This document shows positions 36,270-46,226 of a stretch of DNA of 64,000 nt, piece by piece. This DNA is from a virus. Position 1 is the stretch's first letter; each line of letters starts with the position of its first letter. The position numbers were made by a program, and so were the translations under genes. A model generated the notes under the pieces. The model was not told the origin of the DNA, did no database searches, and saw nothing but the letters and a program-made list of their open reading frames with translations. Location of the stretch: the IMG/VR virus record IMGVR_UViG_3300046616_000242, positions 1 through 64,000 of that record. One strand, 5' to 3'.

Positions 36270-38248
36270 TACTTTGCCTCCGACCAGCGGTCCACGATCT
36301 TCACGTCCGAAGAGAGCGGAACCTTGAGCAGTTTCTGGATTCCTTCGCCCAGCATGGCTTCCTTCACCAGCGCGGCACATTCCTCGGCCCGGTCCTCCGG
36401 CGCGAGCGTCACGAGTTCGTCGTGCACGGAGAGGATCAGGCGCATATCGTCCGGCAGGGCGTTGTTCAGCCGGATCATCGCCAACTTGATCAGGTCGGCC
36501 GCGCTCCCCTGGATCAGGGAGTTCACCGCCTGGCGCTCGGCACCCATCCGCAGGCCGTTGTTCTGGCTGAGGATGAGCGGCAGGCGCCGCTTGCGGCCGA
36601 GCAGGGTGCGGATGTGCGGAGGCCGACGCGACCGGCAGACCCGTACCACTTCCTCCTTGAAGCGGTAGACCTCCGGGAACATCTTCTGGTGCATCTCCAT
36701 GAAGCGCTTGGCTTCCTTCACGGTGATGCCTGCCATCGAGGCGACCTTGTCCGGGCCCGCGCCGTACACGACGGCGAAGTTGATGCCCTTGGCGACCTGG
36801 CGGAAGTCGATACAGGTGCGGTCGCCTTCCTTGACCCGCCGCATGAACTCCTGCGGGTCCACGCCCATGAGCGCGGCGGCCGTCGCCGAGTGCGGGTCGA
36901 CTCCGTTGTGGAACCCCTTGTAGAGGTCACCACGACCGATGAAGTGCGCGAGCACGACGAGTTCGATCTGCCCGTAGTCCGCGACGACCAGCTTGTAGCC
37001 GGGCGGTGCGACGAACAGGCCACGGATCCGCTTACCGAGGTCGGTGTCGGGTCGGGGGATGTTCTGGAGGTTGGGTTCGCGGCAGGAGAACCGGCCGGTC
37101 ACCGTTCCGTACTGGACGAAGTCGGCGTGGATCCGGCCGTCGAAGATCCGGCACGGCTTCTTCGGGTCGCCCTCCACACCGAGGTACGCGATGGGGTAGT
37201 CGAGCAGCTTGCTGACTTCCGCGTACTCCAGCAGCTTCTTGACGACCGCGTTGTTCTCGTGCTTCTCCAGGCTGTCGGAGTCGGTGCTGAAGTCCTTCCA
37301 CTCCAGCGCCTGGCCCGTGTCCCGCTTCTTCTTCCCACCGTCGGTGGGCTTCATCGGCTTGAGGCCCTGACCGCCCTCGCTCTTGGGGGCGTACAGCACC
37401 TCGGCCTTCTGCGCCGGGGCGTTGAGGTTGAACTGCTTGCCTGCGGCCCGGTAGATGTCCGCCTCGATGTCGACCAGCCGGGCGGACATGTCCGTGACCA
37501 GCTCGCGCATCGCGGCCTCGTCGACCGGCGCCCCGGTGATGCCCATGTCGAGCAGCACCCCCAGGACGTCCTCCTCCAGCCGCCGGACGTGGGTCAGGCC
37601 CTGCTCCTGGATCTGCCGCTGGAACCGCTTCCACAGCAGCCAGGTGTACTTGGCGTCCATGTAGGCGTAGTGCGCGACCTTGGAGAACGGGTGGGCCTCG
37701 ACCTGCTTGCCGACGTTCTCGGTGTCGTAGTCGACCTTGTAGTAGCGCTTGACGAGTTCCTTGAGGCCCTTCTGCTTCATGTTCTCGTCGCACAACCACT
37801 GAAGGACGATCGTGTCGGAGTACTCCGGCGGTGCGATCTCGCCCCAGTACTTCGCCGTGGAGATCAGGTCGAATGTGGCGTTGTGCGCGATCTTGATCTT
37901 GTCTTCGGCGAAGAACAGCGGCTTGAGGATGCTGAACACTTCGGACGGGAGCATCTGCTCCGGCGGGGCGTCGTAGACGGCCGGGATGGCGTCGAACTTG
38001 CCTGTCAGCCGGTTCTTCTTGCGGGTGGCCTTGCTCACCAGGACGTCGCCGTTGGGGTGGCCGAAGGGGATGGCGTAGGCCATGCCGTCGGCGGCCAGGG
38101 AGACCCAGTTGGCGACGTTCTGCGTCGGGACGTTCCGGAAGGCGCCGAACGTCTCGATGTCGAAGGTGAAGGCCGGGCGCTCCATGAAGCGCTCGACCAC
38201 GGTATTAAGCCGGTCGGGGGTGAGGATGACGGAGTTGCGGATCTGCAC
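36269..38248 (-). CDS. polA: Family A DNA polymerase with 3'-5' exonuclease
   Basis: FDIET, HNATFD, TGRFS..PNLQNIP, ADYGQIE, KGINFAVVYG, IQGSAAD, VHDE. Confidence 0.95.
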   Translation of the reverse strand: MQIRNSVILTPDRLNTVVERFMERPAFTFDIETFGAFRNVPTQNVANWVSLAADGMAYAIPFGHPNGDVLVSKATRKKNRLTGKFDAIPAVYDAPPEQMLPSEVFSILKPLFFAEDKIKIAHNATFDLISTAKYWGEIAPPEYSDTIVLQWLCDENMKQKGLKELVKRYYKVDYDTENVGKQVEAHPFSKVAHYAYMDAKYTWLLWKRFQRQIQEQGLTHVRRLEEDVLGVLLDMGITGAPVDEAAMRELVTDMSARLVDIEADIYRAAGKQFNLNAPAQKAEVLYAPKSEGGQGLKPMKPTDGGKKKRDTGQALEWKDFSTDSDSLEKHENNAVVKKLLEYAEVSKLLDYPIAYLGVEGDPKKPCRIFDGRIHADFVQYGTVTGRFSCREPNLQNIPRPDTDLGKRIRGLFVAPPGYKLVVADYGQIELVVLAHFIGRGDLYKGFHNGVDPHSATAAALMGVDPQEFMRRVKEGDRTCIDFRQVAKGINFAVVYGAGPDKVASMAGITVKEAKRFMEMHQKMFPEVYRFKEEVVRVCRSRRPPHIRTLLGRKRRLPLILSQNNGLRMGAERQAVNSLIQGSAADLIKLAMIRLNNALPDDMRLILSVHDELVTLAPEDRAEECAALVKEAMLGEGIQKLLKVPLSSDVKIVDRWSEAK

Positions 38249-38327
38249 GGCGGGCTCCGGTGGTGGTGGATGGGAAAGCTGAGGGGAGGCCCCAGCGCGG
38301 TGCTGGAACCTCCCCGTGGGAGGCAGG

Positions 38328-39140
38328 TCAGTCGTTCAGGATTTCCCGGACGATGGTCTTGAGTTCGCTGCGACGGGTGACCTGGAGGATGTCCGCGTCG
38401 TACGCCTTGGCGTCGAACGTCTCCAGGTCCTCCTCGGTCAGGGGCTCGATGTCCCAGTCGTCGAGGAGGTCACGTTCCTTGACCGGCGTGATGTAGTAGT
38501 TGGTCTTCTTGTTCTTGGTCTCCTTGCGGACGGAGAAGTAGAGGTCGTCCCGGTTGATCGGGGCGGTCTTCTTGTCCTTGGAGTAGTTCTTCAGGATGTC
38601 CGCGACCATCGGGCCGACCTGCCAGACCTTGACCTGCGGGTCCTCGGGGTCGGTGAAGTCGATGACGTTGAAGGAGATCTGCTGGCTGGGCTTATCACCC
38701 GCGTCGTCGCACAGCGGGCACTTGCTCTCCAGGCAGGTGAAGGACTTCTTGCCCGAGCGCTCGATCCAGTGCTGGAGGAAGACCAGGAACGGTTCCTCGT
38801 CCAGGATCTTCACGATCACGGACTCGCTGCCCGCCTTGAAGTTGTCCGGGAAGCCGGAGGACGCCTGCTTGGTCTTCTCGTACGAGCCCCAGCCACGGCC
38901 GCCGACCTTCGGCGCGGGCTCGTCGTCCTCGTCGTCGTCCTCGTCACGCGAGGCACGGCGCGAGCGTCGGGAGGTGTCGGCCTCCTCGGTATTAAGCGAC
39001 CGGCGCGAGCCACGGCGGGAGCCACGGGCCGGAGCCTCGTCCTCTTCCTCCGCGTAGCCCTTCTCGTCCTCCGGCTCGTCGGCCGGGGAGTACGCCTCGG
39101 TGTCGCGGGCGGTGCGGCGGCGGGTAAGGGTGCGGGGCAT
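38328..39140 (-). CDS. Probable single-stranded DNA-binding protein (gp32-like)
   Basis: QHW...FTCL...CPLC core, acidic tail, next to polymerase. Confidence 0.6.
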   Translation of the reverse strand: MPRTLTRRRTARDTEAYSPADEPEDEKGYAEEEDEAPARGSRRGSRRSLNTEEADTSRRSRRASRDEDDDEDDEPAPKVGGRGWGSYEKTKQASSGFPDNFKAGSESVIVKILDEEPFLVFLQHWIERSGKKSFTCLESKCPLCDDAGDKPSQQISFNVIDFTDPEDPQVKVWQVGPMVADILKNYSKDKKTAPINRDDLYFSVRKETKNKKTNYYITPVKERDLLDDWDIEPLTEEDLETFDAKAYDADILQVTRRSELKTIVREILND

Positions 39141-39377
39141 TCAGTTCTCCTGCTGGTAGAGATGGACGTACGAGGATGCTTCGCCCGTGTTCAGCCGGGC
39201 TTCCTCGATGTCGGCCGCGAGGGCCTTGGTGATCTGGTCGGTGGCGACCTTGTCCAGGTCGTCGAGGGTGCGTGCCTTGGGGAAGTCGTCGGTGGAGATG
39301 TCGACCTCGTAGCCGAACTCCACCCACTCGAAGTTCCCCATGGACACGTGGTGCTTCTGGCTCTTGACGATCCTCAC
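39141..39377 (-). CDS. Hypothetical protein
   Basis: GTG start overlapping upstream stop. Confidence 0.65.
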   Translation of the reverse strand: MRIVKSQKHHVSMGNFEWVEFGYEVDISTDDFPKARTLDDLDKVATDQITKALAADIEEARLNTGEASSYVHLYQQEN

Positions 39378-39844
39378 TCGTCGCCCGCCAGGACCTTGAA
39401 GAGGTCGACGATGCGCTCGGTGAAGCGGGTGCCCTTGATCGGCTTCTGGTGGGAGACGAGGACGCCTTCCTCGTAGGCGATGCGCACCATGCCCTCGACC
39501 TGCTGGCGGGTGTACAGGCGGCGTCGGCCGCGTACATCTCCGTCCTTGCCCGGCGACTGGTAGGTGGACTTGGGGATGACCCCTTCCCGTTCCCACTTCC
39601 GGATCGTCACAGGCTGCCGTCCCAGCGCCTTGGCGAGGTCGCCGACGGTGAAGAACTCCGTCTCGACTCCGGCCACGACGTACTTACGGGGCTTGGCGTC
39701 CCATGATCCGGGATCGGCCGCCGACGGGGCGGCCTCGGTATTAAGCCGGTTGCGGTGACGTACCAGGGGGCGCGTCGATCCGGGGTAGAACTGCTCACCG
39801 ATCTCGGCGAAGGCCTTGTCGATGGTGTCGGCGATGGTGTTCAT
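39374..39844 (-). CDS. MerR/BldC-like HTH DNA-binding protein
   Basis: FTVGDLAKALGRQPVTIRKWEREGVIP...RRLYT. Confidence 0.8.
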   Translation of the reverse strand: MNTIADTIDKAFAEIGEQFYPGSTRPLVRHRNRLNTEAAPSAADPGSWDAKPRKYVVAGVETEFFTVGDLAKALGRQPVTIRKWEREGVIPKSTYQSPGKDGDVRGRRRLYTRQQVEGMVRIAYEEGVLVSHQKPIKGTRFTERIVDLFKVLAGDE

Positions 39845-39859
39845 GTGGTGGTGCTCCTA

Positions 39860-40336
39860 TCAGCCACGGATGGGCTTGAACGCGAAGGACTCGGTCTCGA
39901 CGAACAGGCCGTCCAGTTCCTCGTCGCTGAGGACGCCTTCCTGGTTGAGGACGTACAACTCGTCCTGGTCCAGGACCTCGGTGGTGACTTCCTTGAAGAC
40001 CCGGTCGCGGATGCCCTTGGCGACGGCCAGTTCCTCGGCCTTCTCGGCGTCCAGGCTCACGCTGACGCGGCGCTCGCGCTTGACCTCGGTGAACTTCTGG
40101 CCGTTGACCTCGATGGGAGGGTCCAACTTCCAGAACTTGCTGCCCTTCTCGTCGATGTCGCCGTTGGCGTCCACGTGGACGCTGACCTCGTCGCGCAACT
40201 TGTTCTTGCGGGTGACGATCTCGGTCTCCTGGAACTTCAGGGCCAGGAACTGGCGGGTCTTCTCCCAGGGCGCGGACTGGGTGAGGGAGATAGGGCGCTC
40301 GATGCGCTGGGTTGCTCGTCTCTGCACGGTAGCCAT
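39860..40336 (-). CDS. Hypothetical protein
   Basis: 158 aa ORF. Confidence 0.75.
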   Translation of the reverse strand: MATVQRRATQRIERPISLTQSAPWEKTRQFLALKFQETEIVTRKNKLRDEVSVHVDANGDIDEKGSKFWKLDPPIEVNGQKFTEVKRERRVSVSLDAEKAEELAVAKGIRDRVFKEVTTEVLDQDELYVLNQEGVLSDEELDGLFVETESFAFKPIRG

Positions 40337-40385
40337 AGAGCGGGGCTCTCTTTCTACGGAGTAGTAGGTCGGTTGAGCAGGTCCG

Positions 40386-40444
40386 ACTCTACATTACGTC
40401 TTCGAGATTGTCCATATTGGATTACGTCTTCTTGAAGCCGTTAC
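40386..40444 (-). promoter_or_regulatory. Promoter with ATTACG(T/G)CTT box array
   Basis: TGGACA-N17-TAGAGT; ATTACGTCTT at 40393 and 40421, inverted AAGCCGTTAC at 40435. Confidence 0.7.
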
Positions 40445-40788
40445 TTGCAGCCGAGACCGGAGTGGCCCTTGGCGTAGCGCTGCGCGTCGGCGTCGGTCTG
40501 GTCGGTGCGGAGAGTGGTCTCGGCGACGTCCTGGTAGACGGTGATGACGCGGTGGTCGGCCGGGTCGACGACGGCGACGATGTCGCCTCGGACGTGGCGC
40601 CACTGGCCGGGGAACCGGCTGGACGGGGAGGTGTGCTGCGGCCGGTCGGCGGCCTCCAGGACCTGCGCGCTGCTCCAGCCCTTCAGGGCGGCCTGCTTCT
40701 GCGCGTGGTAGGTCAGCCGGTACTCCGGGGAGTCGGTGGCTCTGTTGCTCCCCCAGGTGATGCCGAGCGCTTCCGCGATGGTGGTCAC
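40441..40788 (-). CDS. DUF4258-like (RelE/BrnT-fold) small protein
   Basis: LTYHAQKQ...GWS..QV...P...VAVVDP...VITVY; own promoter TTGACA-N17-TAGAGT at 40844-40872. Confidence 0.55.
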   Translation of the reverse strand: MTTIAEALGITWGSNRATDSPEYRLTYHAQKQAALKGWSSAQVLEAADRPQHTSPSSRFPGQWRHVRGDIVAVVDPADHRVITVYQDVAETTLRTDQTDADAQRYAKGHSGLGCK

Positions 40789-41099
40789 GATGTCCTCCTG
40801 CGAGCTGTTCGATCCTTCGTTCGATTAACGCTTCGTGAGGACGACTCTACGTTTGGCATATGCGGATGTCAACAGATTCCGCCGAACTGCTTTACAAGGT
40901 CACCAGCGGTCGGCTGGGGCACCTCGGAGCGCCAGGCGGACGGGGGTCAGATCCCAGTCCTCTCGCTCCTCGGGTGGGCTTATGACGTCCCCAATCCCCT
41001 CACGGAGCAGGACGTCGAGTGGTTCTTCTCGCATGCCTTGATGGTGCCATGCGATTACGGCTTTAGAACCACTCGACGTCCGTCGTGCGATCCTGGAAG

Positions 41100-42740
41100 T
41101 TACGCCTCCAGGCACTGCGTCAGGGTCTGGACGTCGTTCTCGATCCGACCCTTCTCGTCGGCCCCGCGCCCGTCTGTGATGGCGCTGCCCACCCTCCGCT
41201 TGTGCGCCAGCATCGCTAGCTTGCGCGGCTCGGTGGTGCCCTGGGTGACGGCGTTCAGGATGTAGATGTCCTTGAACTGGCTGCTCGCGCGGTTGTGCCG
41301 GGCGTTGATCTGGTCCTGCTTCCCGGCCGACCAGGCGAGGTCGTAGTTGATCAAGTAATTGGCCATGTACAGGTCGGTGCCGAACGCCCCCGCGTGGGAG
41401 GACAGGAACACCTGACACTGTCCGTCGGTCTCGAACCGCTGGGCGGCATAGGCCTTGGCTGCCGAGGACATCCGGCCGGTGTAGGTGACGAACGAGCCCT
41501 CCGGCAGCCGGTCACCGAGCAGGTCCAGCATGTCGGGGTTGACGCTGAACACGATGATCTTGTTGCCGGGCACCGCCATGATGTCCTCGACCGCTGCCGC
41601 CACGGCGTCCAGTTTCGGGGCCGTGGTGACGTCATCGAGCAGGCCGGACTGCCACACCTCGTAGGCGTACTTCGAGCCCGGCCACACCTTCTTCTCGGCG
41701 CCGCGCGAGCGTGCCTCCTGGCTCTCCTCGTAACTCTGCCCGGACATGACGATCAGGTCCGGGTGGTTCAGCAGCATGTCGAGCGCCTGCATGCGGCTCA
41801 TGATCTTGCCCTGCTGGCTGTTCTCGTTGGCCGCCTCTCCCCCGTGGTAGTGCGCGAACAGATCGAAGTCACCCATCGTCGGCCCGGCTGCCCGCAGCTC
41901 GGCGAGCAGGTCGGCCGCGATGGCCCGGTACGCCTTCTTCGTCTTCGCGTCCAGGACGACCGGGATGACGGACTCCTGCACCTCGGGCAGGTACGGCCGG
42001 ACGTCTTCGTCCAGCCGCGTCTTGCGGACCATGACGTCGGCCAGCTTGGCGTGCAGCACCGGCAGGTTCCTGTAGTTCTGCACCCCGCCGAAGCGGTTGC
42101 GCACGATGTACGTCTTGTCGAACAGGTCGAAACGGCCCAGGACCTGGTCGTCGACCCACTGCATGATCGAGAACAGTTCCTCGGGCTTCCCGTTCTCGAC
42201 CGGGGTGCCGGTCATGCCGAAGCGGAACGGCGCCGTGAGCCTCTTGATCTTCCGCGTGCGCTGGGCCCGGAAGGTCTTGATGGCCGTGCACTCGTCCAGG
42301 ACGATGCACTCCGGCTTGATCCTCCTGACGTAGTTCCAGTCGTTGACGACGTTCTCGTAGCCGAGGATCACGTAGTCCGGCCGGAGCGTCTTGACCTTGG
42401 CGTACAGCCCGGCTCGCTTCTTCGCGTCGCCGTCGATCAGGACGCAGTACTCCTCCGTCGGGACGGTGATCTCCTGCTTCAGCCCGTCCTCGCGCACCGT
42501 GACCACGCGGGTCGGCACGTCGGTGAGGCGGGCGAGGGACTTGGCCCACTGGTACTTCAGGTTGGCCGGGACCACGATGACGGCGGTCTCGACCTCCCCC
42601 TTCTCCAGCAGCTCCTCAATGGCGGCCAGGGCGATGACGGTCTTGCCCAGGCCCATCTCGTACGCGATCAGGAGAGAGCCGCGCTCCACAGCGCGGTCGA
42701 CCGCCGACTCCTGATAGCCGTGCAGGTCGACCGTCAGCAC
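41100..42740 (-). CDS. SNF2/SF2 helicase
   Basis: EMGLGKT, LDECT, MTGTPVEN, GTDL, QINARHNR. Confidence 0.9.
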   Translation of the reverse strand: MLTVDLHGYQESAVDRAVERGSLLIAYEMGLGKTVIALAAIEELLEKGEVETAVIVVPANLKYQWAKSLARLTDVPTRVVTVREDGLKQEITVPTEEYCVLIDGDAKKRAGLYAKVKTLRPDYVILGYENVVNDWNYVRRIKPECIVLDECTAIKTFRAQRTRKIKRLTAPFRFGMTGTPVENGKPEELFSIMQWVDDQVLGRFDLFDKTYIVRNRFGGVQNYRNLPVLHAKLADVMVRKTRLDEDVRPYLPEVQESVIPVVLDAKTKKAYRAIAADLLAELRAAGPTMGDFDLFAHYHGGEAANENSQQGKIMSRMQALDMLLNHPDLIVMSGQSYEESQEARSRGAEKKVWPGSKYAYEVWQSGLLDDVTTAPKLDAVAAAVEDIMAVPGNKIIVFSVNPDMLDLLGDRLPEGSFVTYTGRMSSAAKAYAAQRFETDGQCQVFLSSHAGAFGTDLYMANYLINYDLAWSAGKQDQINARHNRASSQFKDIYILNAVTQGTTEPRKLAMLAHKRRVGSAITDGRGADEKGRIENDVQTLTQCLEA

Positions 42741-43030
42741 TGTGAGTACTGCCGAGCGAACTGACTCCGCGACCGGGGGCGCCGGGCGTACGGCGTCCCC
42801 ATGTCGAAGTGCCCGTCCTGGATGTGGTCCGGGTTGGCACACATCCGGCGCCTGCACGCGCGGTGCTTCTGTCGGCCGTCCCCGCCGGTCAGGAAGGACA
42901 GCAGGGTCTTGCCCTGGTAGTACGGGCGCGTCGCGGTGGACTGGAAGATGAGGCAGTCGGTGTCCGGGTCCGGCTCGACGCGGGCCCAGAAGTCCTCACC
43001 CAGGTGCTCGTAGCCCTCGGGTGCCTTCAT
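42734..43030 (-). CDS. HNH-endonuclease-like protein (degenerate)
   Basis: FWARV...CLIF...HRACRRRMCANPDHI. Confidence 0.55.
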   Translation of the reverse strand: MKAPEGYEHLGEDFWARVEPDPDTDCLIFQSTATRPYYQGKTLLSFLTGGDGRQKHRACRRRMCANPDHIQDGHFDMGTPYARRPRSRSQFARQYSQC

Positions 43031-43080
43031 CGGTGGTCCCCCTTGCGGGGGCAGGTATTAAGCCGGGTCATGGTGATCTC

Positions 43081-44046
43081 CTAGAAGCGAGCGAGGATGG
43101 ACGAGTAGGCGCCGCGTACAGCGGCCTTGATCTGGTCAGCGTTCATGTCGCCGGGGTCCTTGGCGTGAGGGGCCACGGAGTAGTCGAGGAACTTCAGGGT
43201 CAGGCCCCGGCCGGTCCACTCCTCCAGCAGCCGCTTGCACGCCTCCGCCCCGGCGTCGTCGTTGTCGAGGGCGATGATCACGGTGTCGAAGTGGTCGCGG
43301 ATCAGGGACATCTGCGAGTCAGAAACTCCGGCGCCGTAGGAGGCCAGCCCTCCCCGGATCCCGCAGGTCCACAGACGGGCCACGTCCAGCGGCGACTCGA
43401 CCAGCACGGCCACGTCGTCGTCGTAGGTGTGCAGGCCGAAGAGCGTCTTGGACTTGGCCATGCCCGGCGGCCGGTTGCGGAAGTAGCGGGCGTTCTTCTC
43501 CTGCCAGCCCCACAGCATCCCGGTGTCCGGGTCGCGCACCGGAACGATCCACATGTCCCGGGCCGGATCCCACAGCACCCCGCACGCCTCAGCGTCCTCC
43601 GGCATGAAGAACCGCTCGGCGCAGGCGCTCAGCGGCGGCACGGTGTACAGGGCCAGCGACGCCTCATTTATCTGCTTGGTCGTGTCGACCTTGTCGGGGC
43701 GCTGCTCCTTCTTCTTCTCCAGGTACTTCCGTACCCGCTCCGCTCCTCCCCTGCGCCGGACCCAGTTCTTGGCCTCCGCGTCGGTGGCCTCCTGGATGTC
43801 CCGTACGAGGACCCAGAAAGCCCCTCGGTATCCGCAGGAGAAGCAGTTGAAATAGCCCTCGTCGAAGTTTATAGAGAAGGATGGGTGTGCGTCTTTCTTT
43901 CCGGTGCGCTGCTCGTGCATGGGGCACGGCATATGTATTTCGTCTCCCTGGACCTTGTAGTCAAGGCCGAGCGTGTCCAGGCACGCGGTCACGTTTCCAG
44001 GGACGGGGTTTCCGATTGCGTCCCATCCGGCTTTTGCTCGGGGCAC
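43081..44046 (-). CDS. DNA primase (CHC2 zinc finger + TOPRIM)
   Basis: CPMH...FNCFSC, LVESPLD, ALDNDDAG, KDPGD. Confidence 0.9.
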   Translation of the reverse strand: MPRAKAGWDAIGNPVPGNVTACLDTLGLDYKVQGDEIHMPCPMHEQRTGKKDAHPSFSINFDEGYFNCFSCGYRGAFWVLVRDIQEATDAEAKNWVRRRGGAERVRKYLEKKKEQRPDKVDTTKQINEASLALYTVPPLSACAERFFMPEDAEACGVLWDPARDMWIVPVRDPDTGMLWGWQEKNARYFRNRPPGMAKSKTLFGLHTYDDDVAVLVESPLDVARLWTCGIRGGLASYGAGVSDSQMSLIRDHFDTVIIALDNDDAGAEACKRLLEEWTGRGLTLKFLDYSVAPHAKDPGDMNADQIKAAVRGAYSSILARF

Positions 44047-44291
44047 TGGTATCTCCTCTCCAGGTATGTCAGGTAACTCTTCATTTCCCAGGCGTCGCGG
44101 CGCCAGTACCAAGTTCCGTACGTTATGAATCGGACTGGCCCGAGGCCGCGCAGCCGGTGCATTTCGCTGGCGTAGATCAGATTCCGGTCACGGGGATTGC
44201 GGTTGTTCTCCCGGCACCAGAACTGGAACTCCCGGAAGTTCCCGGCGAGGACCACCAGCCGGGGCTCAGAAGGAGGAGCCGACATAGCCAT
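43989..44291 (-). CDS. Hypothetical protein
   Basis: ORF between dnaB and primase. Confidence 0.5.
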   Translation of the reverse strand: MAMSAPPSEPRLVVLAGNFREFQFWCRENNRNPRDRNLIYASEMHRLRGLGPVRFITYGTWYWRRDAWEMKSYLTYLERRYQCPEQKPDGTQSETPSLET

Positions 44292-45534
44292 CGGTGTTCA
44301 CCTCGTCCATGGCGAACGGGTCCTCGTTCAGTTCCTCGAACTTGCCCGTCTCCCAGTCCCACTGGCAGTACGTCTCGATGGGCGGGCAGTTACGGGCCAG
44401 GACGACCTTGATCTTGTTGATGTTCGCGTCGTCCGTGGACTCGACACCGAGAATCACGTCGGAGTCCTGGGCGAAGGAGGACGAATATCCGATGGAGTCG
44501 GAGGTGATGCCCTTCTTCTTGTTCATCTTCCATTCCAGGACCTGCGTGGAAATGACGATCGGGAGTTGCAGGTTCTTCGCCATGCGCTTGAACCCTCGGG
44601 TGAGGTTCGTAAGCGCCTGGCTGGATCCCTGAGCCTCGCCGAGTTCGTCCTGCATCATGTAGATGCCGTCCACGAATACGATCGTCGGCCGGATGTGGTC
44701 GATCTTCGACTGCACACCGGTAAGCGTCGTCGCATTCATGGAGTCCGAGGACAGGAAGAACGAAGGCATAGCCTCCAGTTCCCGCAGGGCCCTTTCGAGT
44801 TTGTCCCACTCGGCCTTCTTGAGTGTTCCGTTTCTCAGCCGGGCGTGGGAAATCCCCGCGCGGATGGCGTCGAAACGTTCCTCCTGCTCCTCATTGCTCA
44901 TCTCGAAGCCAATAAAAAGCGGACGCTCCCCGTGCAGGTGGGCGGCCATGGCAGCGAGCAACAACAGCGTCGACTTACCGGCCTTCGGCGGGCCGACGAA
45001 GGTGACCAGTTGCTCTTTCTGGAGGCCCTGGGTGGCCCTGTCGATCGTCGTGAAGCCGGTTGGTATGCCCCGGAGCCCGTCGGGCAGGTCCTTGAGCGTG
45101 AGGTACCGCGCGAGGCGTTCGTGGCCCGTCTCGGTCAGGTCGGTGTCGCGGGCGTTGGGAACCGCCGAGGCGATGTCCGCGAGGGTCTTGTGTAGCGCTG
45201 CCATGGCGGCCAGCGCGTTGCCCTCCTCGTGGGCGTCGACCGAGTCGGCCAGGCCCTGCTCCAGCAGGTCCAGGGTGTGCTGCTCGCGGAGCCGGTCGGT
45301 CAGCACCAGCATGCTGTCCTCGACCTTGACGAACTTGTACGTGGGGAAGTCGGTCTTGATGGTGGCGAGGCTGGGGATCTCGCCGTACGTGGCCTTGTGC
45401 CGCAGGATGGCCTTGAAGACGGCCTTGTTGTCCGGGTCGCCGAAGAACTCGGCGGTGATGCCCGCTTCCGCGACGTCGTTCAGGTCCTTGTCCTGGATGA
45501 CGCGGGACACGAGCAAGCGCTCGAAGTCAGCCAC
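44266..45534 (-). CDS. dnaB: Replicative DnaB-like helicase
   Basis: GIPTGF, GPPKAGKS, FEMS, VDGIYMM, QDSD, ARN. Confidence 0.92.
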   Translation of the reverse strand: MADFERLLVSRVIQDKDLNDVAEAGITAEFFGDPDNKAVFKAILRHKATYGEIPSLATIKTDFPTYKFVKVEDSMLVLTDRLREQHTLDLLEQGLADSVDAHEEGNALAAMAALHKTLADIASAVPNARDTDLTETGHERLARYLTLKDLPDGLRGIPTGFTTIDRATQGLQKEQLVTFVGPPKAGKSTLLLLAAMAAHLHGERPLFIGFEMSNEEQEERFDAIRAGISHARLRNGTLKKAEWDKLERALRELEAMPSFFLSSDSMNATTLTGVQSKIDHIRPTIVFVDGIYMMQDELGEAQGSSQALTNLTRGFKRMAKNLQLPIVISTQVLEWKMNKKKGITSDSIGYSSSFAQDSDVILGVESTDDANINKIKVVLARNCPPIETYCQWDWETGKFEELNEDPFAMDEVNTDGYVGSSF

Positions 45535-45993
45535 TTACAGTGCTCCGATCAAGGTGGTGGGAGCAGCGGGCAGAGAGCGTCCCTTGCTGCCGAAGATCAG
45601 GTGGTGTTCGTTGTCGAAGATCGCGGCTACGTCCGGCATGTAGGGCAGGCGTCTGGCCAGCCGCTCCGGGGTCGTGGACCACACCCGGCCGATGGGAAGT
45701 CCCTCGGCGTCCAGGCGGGCCTCCAGGGGCTCGACAGCGTCGTCCCCGAGGTAGGTGACGACGTCGACCGAGTACTTGAAGCGCCAGACGGTGTCCCAGA
45801 TGACCCGGGCCAGCGCGTCGTTGATCTCGTACGCGTCCACGGTCCGCTTGGCCATGCGAGCGCGGCGCCCGAACTTGCGGGCAACCAGCTCGTGCACGTA
45901 TCCATCGGGCTTCTCCGGCAGGACGCCGAGCATGCCCTCGTAGGCGATGACCAAGCGGGGGACGACCTCGTTGGAGATGTCGCCGCCCTGCAT
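45535..45993 (-). CDS. Hypothetical protein, possible degenerate HAD fold
   Basis: RLVIAYEGMLG; VDVVTY; AAIFD. Confidence 0.55.
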   Translation of the reverse strand: MQGGDISNEVVPRLVIAYEGMLGVLPEKPDGYVHELVARKFGRRARMAKRTVDAYEINDALARVIWDTVWRFKYSVDVVTYLGDDAVEPLEARLDAEGLPIGRVWSTTPERLARRLPYMPDVAAIFDNEHHLIFGSKGRSLPAAPTTLIGAL

Positions 45994-46226
45994 CAGGTGC
46001 GCTCCGCTTCCGCGCGGAGCGAGATATTAAGCGTGTCGCCCTCCCACTTCTGGAACCGGCGGGTGCGCACGAGGTCGAAGCCGAGGTGCTTAGCGCGGCT
46101 GCGGACGGTCCACTCCAGGGAGGCCCAGTGCTCGGGGAGGCGATGGTCCGGCACTTCCCGTTTGTAGAGAATCACCAAAACCTCGTCCTCGAACGGGAGG
46201 GGCGTCTGCTCGTATTCAGGCTGCAC
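45993..46226 (-). CDS. Hypothetical protein
   Basis: 77 aa ORF, coupled overlap. Confidence 0.6.
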   Translation of the reverse strand: MQPEYEQTPLPFEDEVLVILYKREVPDHRLPEHWASLEWTVRSRAKHLGFDLVRTRRFQKWEGDTLNISLRAEAERT

